A stretch of DNA of 64,000 nt from an uncultured Verrucomicrobiae bacterium (lineage in GTDB: Bacteria; Verrucomicrobiota; Verrucomicrobiia; Limisphaerales; Palsa-1400): contig CAVXRD010000004.1 of NCBI GenBank assembly GCA_963764165.1, forward strand, positions 464,164 through 528,163, in the 5' to 3' direction. The notes under the pieces were generated by a model that ran no database searches, was not told where the DNA came from, and saw nothing but the letters and a program-made list of their open reading frames with translations. A program made the position numbers and the translations under genes. This document shows, in pieces, positions 17,401 through 25,100 of the stretch. Position 1 is the first letter of the stretch. Each line of letters opens with the position of its first letter.

Positions 17401-19532
17401 TGAGCAGCGGCAGCGCGTCTGCAGGGCAAGTGCTCGAATGGAGCGGCACGGCTTGGGTTCCAACGTCCATCAGCAGCTATCTCAATTTCACAACGGTCGG
17501 CGGCGTCAACGATGGCGTCACTCTAAATGATGCAGCGTTCTCGAACGCGTGCGCAGCCCTCGGCCCGGCAGGCGGCGTGCTCTATATGCCGAAAGGCAGC
17601 GGCTACAAATTCAAAGGCGGCATCATCATCACCAATCAGCAGATCACGATCCAGGGCGACGGCATGGGTGTCTACGGCGGATTGGGCGAGCCGGACGTTT
17701 TCAGCAGCGTCATCATCTGGACCAATCTGACGACCAATCTCTTCACCTTCACAGGACAGTCAATAACATTTCAAAATCTCTCAGGATTCTGGACAAACAC
17801 CGCCGCGCCGACCGCTGGCGCGTTCATCGCCGTCACCACCAATTGGGACGGCGTCAATGGACAGGTGCAATGCAACTGGCTCAACGTGCTTTTGGATGGT
17901 GGATATCGCTGTGTTGATTATCAAGCCGGGCAGAACTGGCAGGCGACTCAATTGGAATGGGTGCGCTGGTGGATGGACGGCATCCGCATCAACAATTTGG
18001 CCAATCCAGACATCGGAGGCTGGACGATCACCGGCAGCGGTTGGGCTGCCGTGGCTGGCCTGCAATACACTATAGGAGCGCATGTTGCTAACAGCGCCAT
18101 TTGCTGGAACGGATCAGGCGGCGGCTCGATCATCAACACGGGCGGAGGCGCATTCAATTGGGGCGGGTATAGCGACCCCGGCGGCTACACCAATGCCATC
18201 TTGATCCAGCCGGAATATCCATCCGGCGCGGATTCCACCAGCACGTTCTTCATTAACAACGCGCTCATCGACAATTATCTTGTGCATGGAATTTACTCCG
18301 AGCCAGGCACGGGATCTTTCTCCAACATCAAATTCGTTCAGGTCCAAATGGAGTCTTTTGTCGGCGGCGCATCGTCAGCAATTTTGCTAACGGGCGGAAT
18401 TGGAAATAACGGCACCATTGACGGGTTTTCAACAGAACAGCCTATTGCCAATCAAATCACCTTGAGCGGAATGGCTGGCATCGGCCTCGGTTTGATTAAC
18501 AACAGCGGAGTGGAACCTAGCGTCGAATTGCTCAGCGCATCGACCTGCTACCCATTCTCTGATTTCACCGGCATTTTTGATCCCTTCGCCGGAAATCCAC
18601 AATTGAAGATCGGATCATGGTTTTTGCAATCGCTTAACACGAACGATACCACCCTCGGATTCAACGGCTACTTCACCGGAAGCGGTTTGACCGCGAAGCA
18701 AACCGGCGCGGTCGCGACCATCCAGGGACTCAACCAGGGCGGCATGTTCATGACGCTCTACGGCCAGACAACCGCTGGAGCCGTCGTCGGCAGCCCCACG
18801 CAAATATTCGCCGTGCGGCCAGGCGGCATCGGCATCGGAACGTTCACGCCCGCGGCGGAACTCACAGTCAACGGGGCGGCCATTGTGAGCAACAGCGTGA
18901 CCGCAAACGGCGGATTCATTGGGCTCGGCAGCGCCCTGACCAATTCCGCGGGACACAATTATCAGGACGGAGTCCAGGCAACGAACATGTTTGCCACGCT
19001 CGCCGCAACTCAGCCGACGAACCTTACTTTGACACAGATCGCCAGTCAGACGTCCACGGCGATCAACGGCGCCGGCATAACGAACATCCCTTTGTCTGGT
19101 GCGGTTGCTGGCGGAAACACCATCGCTACAAACGGCCAGGCAACCGCAACCAATAATATTGGTTTTGTGCTTCGAGCCGAAGCTTTGACCCTCAACACCT
19201 CGGCAAATTATTTCGCGCCATCTTACAATTCCACCGGAGGCACGGAGGTAAACAAGGCGTCGGGGCTGCTCGGCGGAGTCTACGGAGACAACGTGACTGT
19301 CAACTTCTCTGCCACCAATTTGCCTGGGACTAACGTCTACATAATTTGGAGAACCAACCAGATTTCTTGTGCAACCAATGTGATTTCCGGCCCCATCACG
19401 CCATTGCAACCGTACACATTTTCAAACCCACTCACCGTGACAAACGGAACAACGTGGGATTTCATCATCACGAACAGCGTAAGCACGACCGGGTACTACA
19501 TCACGATGGCAGTGAGCCAGAGGCCGCTATGA
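14463..19532 (+). CDS. tail fibre/tailspike with Ala-rich repeats, duplicated ~139-aa modules and a pectate-lyase-like beta-helix domain
   Basis: About 23-aa repeats AAQGTATTNFAKGVGTSVTNALA. The motif GTNTYLTNATTSGETATNL occurs five times. FTTVGGVNDGVTLNDAAFSNACAALGPAGGVLYMPKGSGYKF matches the N-terminal signature of the Pectate_lyase_3/tailspike family. Confidence 0.8.
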   Translation: MIFTEANEGNEGKIARSALPKFLRFIFPLCVLCYLLLNPRVQAQLVTSPTGRAIATITNGTSNLVLTAQGGSAPPVWAPASGSGSSTTINGLTGAVSVIITNIGGNSGMTEVLLTNGNYLLISNNWSQVATLALLAAQGTADTNYALAIGAALTNALAAQGVSVTNFANAGLAAQGAAVTNFAKAIGSAITNALAAQGTVQTNYTLAVGAAITNALNFEIAAAGAQATNYANGISSAIYVSLGSAGAAITNFVNAGLAAQGTATTNFAKGVGTSVTNALATQGMANTNFASGIGTSVTNAIAAGGTAATNYVIASLAAQGTATTNAIKAATNTIASGSLAGALPYSVYPSGISGTVLSNTGSAVVWAASPTGGGTAGIGTLNGVGTNTYLTNATTSGETATNLAISTGATKTNGTGSAGFTENINLGPSGIYQTVVSENAVHKWSVLQTGTLWEILDGNSQVAFAINQASGDVIFGNGGLLTNILISALQSNNAAAGTYYALTNTGSGLALMQITAIAGVNGQATNTYTTNGFTSGETATNLTISTGATKTNGTASAGFTENINLGPSGIYQTVVSQNGVGKWHVLQTATLWEILDSANNVAFQINQASGDVIFGNGGLLTNILIAGISSNGVTAGSVFVVTNTGAGLGFMLAPAASGINTSGGFGTNNYLTNATTSGEHATNLTIASGNAGGATNLNANAFTGGTTALTNHNAAVANFGSNVVTAATNVSGAIANSGTFSTDGGNISSDALGHLSISPNENNGVGLTVSQDQAGDDIADFTDWNGNLIFQLDGPNQQAKLAAPWIYAGNGSDLTTLNASQLTSGTVLPARLGGGSPSSSTVLYGNSTWGPIVGGSGIATSGGAGTNNYLTNATTSGESATNLTIVSGNISGATNLPVSALKTNGLTAGSVYVLTNSGSGMTVMVAPSGGGGGGSGIPTIAGVGTNTYLTNATSSGEIATNISIISGNISGATNLPPSGLSSGSASAGQVLEWSGTAWVPTSISSYLNFTTVGGVNDGVTLNDAAFSNACAALGPAGGVLYMPKGSGYKFKGGIIITNQQITIQGDGMGVYGGLGEPDVFSSVIIWTNLTTNLFTFTGQSITFQNLSGFWTNTAAPTAGAFIAVTTNWDGVNGQVQCNWLNVLLDGGYRCVDYQAGQNWQATQLEWVRWWMDGIRINNLANPDIGGWTITGSGWAAVAGLQYTIGAHVANSAICWNGSGGGSIINTGGGAFNWGGYSDPGGYTNAILIQPEYPSGADSTSTFFINNALIDNYLVHGIYSEPGTGSFSNIKFVQVQMESFVGGASSAILLTGGIGNNGTIDGFSTEQPIANQITLSGMAGIGLGLINNSGVEPSVELLSASTCYPFSDFTGIFDPFAGNPQLKIGSWFLQSLNTNDTTLGFNGYFTGSGLTAKQTGAVATIQGLNQGGMFMTLYGQTTAGAVVGSPTQIFAVRPGGIGIGTFTPAAELTVNGAAIVSNSVTANGGFIGLGSALTNSAGHNYQDGVQATNMFATLAATQPTNLTLTQIASQTSTAINGAGITNIPLSGAVAGGNTIATNGQATATNNIGFVLRAEALTLNTSANYFAPSYNSTGGTEVNKASGLLGGVYGDNVTVNFSATNLPGTNVYIIWRTNQISCATNVISGPITPLQPYTFSNPLTVTNGTTWDFIITNSVSTTGYYITMAVSQRPL
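14473..14570. repeat. REP-like imperfect inverted repeat (about 31-bp arms, about 34-nt loop) inside the 5' end of the tail fibre ORF
   Basis: CAGAAGCCAACGAAGGAAACGAAGGGAAAAT (14473-14503) pairs with ATTTTCCCCCTTTGTGTCCTTTGTTACCTTCTG (14538-14570). Several mismatches are G-U compatible. Confidence 0.6.
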
Positions 19533-19543
19533 CCTTCATGACA

Positions 19544-19557
19544 TGCCGTAAGTTCGC
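19544..19557 (+). promoter_or_regulatory. TGCCGTAA box, copy 7 (TGCCGTAAGTTCGC)
   Basis: Lies 12 nt after the tail fibre stop; 25 nt before the ATG at 19569 and 39 nt before the ATG at 19583. Confidence 0.4.
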
Positions 19558-19582
19558 GCTGGGGTCGGATGGCGAATGATCG

Positions 19583-19858
19583 ATGGACACGACTCGAAAT
19601 AATTTTGACGGCACTGGCGATACTGACCGCGCTTCTGATCGTTCGTGGAAGCGGGCCGAAGTCATTTTTGCCGCCCTCGGCATGGCCATCGCGCTATTTG
19701 CCGGCGTCGGCTCGTGGTTTGTCCTTCCGTATCGAGTCACCGCCGCCGAACAAAAAATTGAAAAATTCGGGTCTGAGAAATCCGCTGATCACGACGTTCT
19801 GATCAAAATGGAAGAAGACTTGCGTCAAATACAAAAAACCCTCGAAAGACAAAAATAA
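19583..19858 (+). CDS. small membrane protein (one TM plus coiled coil; holin/spanin-like by position)
   Basis: TM segment VIFAALGMAIALFAGVGSWFVL followed by a charged helical tail. It is the first gene after the tail fibre. An overlapping ORF starting at 19569 is an alternative. Confidence 0.45.
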   Translation: MDTTRNNFDGTGDTDRASDRSWKRAEVIFAALGMAIALFAGVGSWFVLPYRVTAAEQKIEKFGSEKSADHDVLIKMEEDLRQIQKTLERQK

Positions 19859-19952
19859 TTACGATTTTGGCGGGGTGTGGTGCGTGGGGAAATCCCATGA
19901 CAGGGTTGAATTTTCCCCTCATGAATCACCCGCCGAAAATCTGAAAGTTAAT

Positions 19953-20669
19953 ATGAACGATACAACTCAAATTTTGCTGCAAACGCTCCTCAAATTTATC
20001 GCGGGCTCCCTTGTTACCAAGGGAATCCTCAGCGCGCACGACGCCTCCGCCGCATCCGAACTCGCCTACACAATCGTCGGCGCCGTGATCGGCCTCTTCG
20101 CCCTCGCCTGGCACAAAGCCCACGCAGACAAATTGCTGGCCACGCCTCCGCCTGGGAGCGCCCCGTCCGCGCCAGCATCCGGCACACTGCTCCCATTAAT
20201 CGCATTCCTCCCATTCCTCGCATTGCCCGCCTTCACCGGCTGCGCGCTCCTGGACAAGCCATTGCCCGGCCAGACAACTCCGGCGCCGCTCGTAGCCTTC
20301 ACCAACGGCACTGCGTATTTGCTCGGCCACGCTGCCACCAGCAATGAGGTCTACACCGCCGCCCACGACGCCGCCAAGGTCGGCACAGCCGGCTTGCTGC
20401 TCGAATTCCCGACCGCGACAAATTACATTTCAGACGCCCAAGTCGTTTTTGAAAGCTTCGCGACCGGCGGAACATTCTCGCTGCCTGAGTTGACCAACGC
20501 CATCGCGCAGATCGGCATCAAGAACGCCGGAGACGAAACCGTCGTCTCCCTGCTGGGCAGTTCCGCGCTGAGCCTCGCGGGCCTCTACGTCGCCCCGCTC
20601 ATCAGCGAAGACACCAACGCCGCCCCCTACATCCACGCCGCGCTGCACGGCATCGCCGACGGCCTCTAA
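19953..20669 (+). CDS. membrane protein with an internal lipobox-like segment
   Basis: Start taken at MNDTTQILLQ. TM helices, then LIAFLPFLALPAFTGC. Confidence 0.4.
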   Translation: MNDTTQILLQTLLKFIAGSLVTKGILSAHDASAASELAYTIVGAVIGLFALAWHKAHADKLLATPPPGSAPSAPASGTLLPLIAFLPFLALPAFTGCALLDKPLPGQTTPAPLVAFTNGTAYLLGHAATSNEVYTAAHDAAKVGTAGLLLEFPTATNYISDAQVVFESFATGGTFSLPELTNAIAQIGIKNAGDETVVSLLGSSALSLAGLYVAPLISEDTNAAPYIHAALHGIADGL

Positions 20670-20751
20670 ACCGGTAGCCGTGAACTATAGATTACAGCCA
20701 TGAATTTCATCGGCCCGAATATTCAGCGCGATTGCCAGCGCCTTCAACTGG

Positions 20752-20895
20752 ATGACTGGCCGCGACCAGATCAAAAACAGCCCTGCGATGCAAGCCGCCG
20801 CCGCCGCCAAAAGCGAACAAGCGCAGGTCGACAAGGCCACCAAGGCCATCGCCACCCAGGACACCGAAGAAATCAGGAAGGAGCTAGCCGAGTGA
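20752..20895 (+). CDS. small coiled-coil ORF coupled (GTGA) to the downstream lipoprotein gene
   Basis: MTGRDQIKNSPAMQAAAAAKSEQAQVDKATKAIATQDTEEIRKELAE reads as natural protein. The alternative frame starting at 20700 is Arg/His/Gln-rich. Start is uncertain and a frameshift relative to the ATG at 20700 is possible. Confidence 0.3.
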   Translation: MTGRDQIKNSPAMQAAAAAKSEQAQVDKATKAIATQDTEEIRKELAE

Positions 20896-21269
20896 AACAA
20901 TCCGCATCAATTCAGTGCAAATTCGCATTCCTCCCATTCCTCGCATGCCTCCTATTCTGCCATGCCTGCACAACGGTCGTTCCGGAAAAGACCGAAGCGA
21001 AAGCCCCCAGCTTTGACGGCGGGGCTCAAAACAGCGGCTTCGAAGGTTGGACCACGAACACCCAGACCGGCGCCGTGTATGCCACATTGACCAGCCACGC
21101 CCGCGACCGCTACAACGCGCTTATACAAGCCTACGGCAAGCGTTTCGCGCCGCCGTTGGTCAAAGACGCCGGACTCATCCCAACAGCCACAGGCTGGCAA
21201 ATCGACTTGCAGCATCTGGCTAATTTCGCGACCATGAACCGCTGGAAAAAAGAAGCCGTCAAACCCTGA
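20892..21269 (+). CDS. putative lipoprotein (GTG start)
   Basis: VKQSASIQCKFAFLPFLACLLFCHAC is a signal-peptide/lipobox-like N-terminus. It shares a 23-bp identical coding segment with 20201-20223. Confidence 0.45.
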   Translation: MKQSASIQCKFAFLPFLACLLFCHACTTVVPEKTEAKAPSFDGGAQNSGFEGWTTNTQTGAVYATLTSHARDRYNALIQAYGKRFAPPLVKDAGLIPTATGWQIDLQHLANFATMNRWKKEAVKP

Positions 21270-21601
21270 CGTGCCCCTCCCTCACCTGCCCGTTATACAC
21301 GGTCTTATACACAGTTTCGGAAAACCCGAATTATTTGTTGCTTCGAAAACATCCACGAAAGTTCTCTAAAGCCGACTGATTCAAGCAGTTGCACATAGAT
21401 GACAGTTGTTGCAACCCACACAGTTCAAAATACGGATTTGAACGATTTGCCTTGAGCGTTGTCTGATTAATAAGAGAAGGAACATCGCTCGATGAGTGTT
21501 GGCAAAGGGATTGATTGCTGTAATGAGTTTCGAGCGGTGTGAGTGTTGACTCATTACATTTTTGTGCGCGTTGGACGGACGCGTTTGATCCCATCGTCTT
21601 G

Positions 21602-21628
21602 GAGCCGGAGCAATCCGGCTCTTTTTTT
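21602..21628 (+). terminator. rho-independent terminator in an AT-rich junction
   Basis: GAGCCGGA-GCAA-TCCGGCTC followed by T7. Confidence 0.55.
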
Positions 21629-22157
21629 GTCTCGCGGGGCCGCCCCTCGCAGGAGAAACCGGGCCGATGTGTTTGGCGGTTGCTTTATTGAACCGGAATC
21701 GCCTGGCGGCAGGAGGCGACGAAGTTTTGCACGTTTACAGGTGTATTCCGATAGGCGCTGACAGCCTCCTGTTCTTCGTTATCAGTCAGTGTCAGCGTGC
21801 CGTTGGTTATCGTGCGCATCCCCCGAAAGCGCTGTGGCTGTTGATGGTCCAATCCGACGCCGCGGCAAGCGTAATCGTCACGACGCTCAGGGAAGTGCCG
21901 TTGGGAGCCCCGGCCAGTGTAACGCGGTTGGATAACCACTGATAAGAGGTGGGAGCAACCAGATTCGCTTTCGGCAGTTTGAGTGTTGCCGCGGCTGGTC
22001 TTCAACACAGCCGCGCCGCCAGCCTGCGTCCATCACCCGCTTTAATTCCCGCTCCTCGCATTATCAAAAGCAATTTTTCTATTGCCTAAAATTCTAAATG
22101 ATAGTATGCGATAGTTAATGACAACACCGAATTGACTTCGACAACTCTGGAGGCTCT

Positions 22158-25100
22158 ATGACATCACAATTGCAAACCCAATCCAAACCCTCGATTTTCA
22201 AGCGGCTCGGCGCCTTGGCGGCGATCGGCCTTCTGGCTGTGGGCGCTTATTCCATTTACGTCGCGACTCACGAACCTGATTCGCAGGAAACGGTTCTGCT
22301 GGGCCAAACGCGCGTTGCGGCCGGCAGTCCGGCTGGATTCCGGATCGTGGTGCGCAATCGAATCACGGGCCAGACCGTGCGCGGGGCCAATGTTGAAATA
22401 GCGCTCGCGTCCAAGAATTCGCAAAGGACGAGGCTCGGCAATGTTCACACCGACGCGAGTGGCACGTTTGATGGATCGCTCAATATTCCTGAGGTGGCGC
22501 CCGGGAATTATCAGCTTCTCGTCGATGTGACGTCCTCGTTAGGGCGCGATCACCTGGTGAAGAATATCGAGGTGGAAAATCCCGCCCGCGTCTTCTTGTC
22601 CAGTGACAAGCCGCTTTACCAACCCGGACAGACGATCCATTTGCGAACGATGCTGGTCAACCCGCGAACGGAAAAACCCCTTACGAACGAAACGATGACC
22701 TTTGAAATCAGCGATCCCAATGGAAACAAGGTCTTTAAGGAGACGCGTCTCCCCTCCACTTTCGGAATCGCCGCGGCGGATTTCGTCCTCGCTTCGGAGC
22801 TGAATCCCGGTCGGTACCAAATTCGCGCCGCCGCCGGCCCTGCCACGGCGGAGCGAGCTGTTGAAGTCAAACATTACGTTTTGCCGAAATTCAAAATCCG
22901 GGTTTCAACCGACAAACCGTACTACCTGCCAGGCCAGATTGTGACTGGGACAGTGGAAGGGAATTACTTCTTCGGCAAACCGGTTGCGGAGGCGGACGTC
23001 AATTTAACGGCCGCCACGGTGGAGGACAAACCGGTGGCCATCGCCGGGTTGAAGGGAACGACTGATTCCAATGGCAAATACGCTTTTCGTTTTGTTCTGC
23101 CTGATTTTTTCGCGGGGCTGCCAGAAAAGAACGCGCAGGCCTTCCTGGACCTGACCGCGACGCTGACGGACACGGCGCGGCATTCTGAGAAATCAACCCT
23201 ATCGCTCACCGTCGCGCAAAGTGAATTGGAGATCGCGGCCATTCCCGAGGCGGGGACATTTGTGCCTGGGGTTGAAAACGTTCTTTACGTGCTCACGTCT
23301 TACCCGGATGGCCGTCCGGCGGCATGCAAGGTTTTGCTGAATGGAACTGCCTACGCGACGGATGCAGCGGGTGTCTGCGAAATCAAACTGACGCCTTCCG
23401 ACACAACGCCGCCGGTTGAACTTACCGCGCTCGATTCGGTTGGACGGAAAGCGAAGCTGGTGTTTCATCCGGACAAGACCCTCCCTGCAGCGCCGCTGTT
23501 GGTGCGTGCGGACAAAGCGGTTTACCAAGCCGGCCAAGCTGCCAAAATCACTGTTCTCTCGTCCGAAGGCGATAACACTGTGTTCATCGACGCGATCAAA
23601 GACGGCCAGACGGTCTTCACCAAGTCGGCGTCTCTAAAGAACCATGCGGCGGAATGCGCAATCGATCTTCCCGCGTCGCTGGTTGGCCCTCTTCAGATCA
23701 ACGCCTACGTTATTGCAGCCAATGGCGAAGACAGAGGCAGTTCGCGCGTGTTGTTTATCAATCCCGCATCCGGGCTAAACATTTCGGCGAAATTGTCGAA
23801 GCCAATCTATCGGCCAGGCGAGTTGGCGACGGTTGATCTGAGCGTCACAGACTCCCGTGGCCAGCCGGCGCCTGCTGCGTTAGGAATTGCGGCGGTCGAC
23901 GAGAGCGTCTTCGCCCTGCACGAAAATCGGCCCGGCCTCTTGCAGCAGTTTCTCGACGCAGAAAGCGACTTGTTGAAGCCGCGCTATCAAATAAAATTCT
24001 TTGACACGCCGGACCAGATTCTTCTCGGCACGCAACAAAGGCTGGCGTCGGCGTATCTCGCTTCATTGGAGCAGCGATCCGCTCCGTCAGGAATCGAGGC
24101 CATGATTCACAGCGGCGATCCTTCGGCCCAATCTCTCGTGGATCAACTCCGCCGATTCAAGGGAACGAAGGAATATGAGTCTCTCCGCAATGACCCGCAG
24201 TTCGCCGAAGCGTTTCGTTTCGCCGAGGGCGGCGGAGGTCTTTACACGATGCGTGAAGCGACGGGTCCGGTGAAGCTTCAAGCAACGGAGGCGCACCGGC
24301 GGGCTTATTTCAACGCACTGGGCAAATATGGGCGAAATGCCTTCCTTGCGGCGGTGTTCCTTGCTCCTCTAATCCTGCTGATTTGCCTGTCGCGACGCAA
24401 ATCGGCTGTCATTTCCGCGAACGCAAGCCCGGGCGCATTGCGTGGAGCAGAAATAAGCGTTCGTGTTTATAACAAGCTCGGCGCAGCGACCATTTTTCCA
24501 TTGATATGGTATCCGGGTGGGCTGGCGCTGTTCGCTGGGCGAAACGATCACGCAGCGTGGTTTCTCTTCGGAGTGGAGGTGGTTGCAATTCTTCTACTTC
24601 TTTGCGTCGGATTTTTTGAAACAAGACCCACAGCGGTGAAGGATCTGGGGCGGGACACCACAAGCGCTCGCATCGGTCTCATTGCCTTTTTCACACAATT
24701 CGCATTTTCCCGCGCAAGTTTCGCCATGATCGCACTAAATCCGCCATCTTCGGAAGACATGCTCATCATGCTGCTGCTCGGGAGCGTTCTCGCGCCCCTG
24801 ACCGTTTTGGCCTCCTACGGGATTCTTTTAAAGAACCAAATGGACAGTCAAAACATCACAACCCGGACTCCGCAAGTGTCCTTCGCGTTTTGGGCCTCAG
24901 TCATCGTCATGATCCTCGTCTTGTCATCCATGCTCCTGCCCTCGCTGGCGCGGGCCAAACAAAAAGCGCAACGCATTTCATTGATTAACACATTGAGGCA
25001 AATCGAGACCGAAAAGCAGATCATGGATTCCGATAATGCGGGCCCGGAAAATGCCGCCCAAAGTTCGCCCCGCATCCGGCGTGATTTTCCCGAAACGCTT

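Noticed and set aside
19569-19802. 77-aa ORF overlapping 19583..19858 in another frame
   Set aside because: After a plausible TM segment the product becomes Pro/Ser/Arg-rich and looks out of frame, whereas the 19583 frame reads as natural protein throughout. Caveat: the TGCCGTAA box spacing (25 nt) fits the 19569 ATG better, so this remains unresolved.
20700-20891. N-terminal 64 codons of ORF 20700..21269
   Set aside because: The product is Arg/His/Gln-rich (RRRRQKRTSAGRQGHQGHRHPGHRR), while an alternative frame encodes a natural coiled-coil peptide ending in a GTGA overlap with the lipoprotein start. An ATG at 20700 followed by a frameshift cannot be excluded.
21331-21594. 87-aa minus-strand ORF in the AT-rich junction
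   Set aside because: The product is Ser/Asn/Gln/Cys-rich, there is no ribosome-binding site, and the composition is atypical for this genome. It is more likely non-coding junction DNA.
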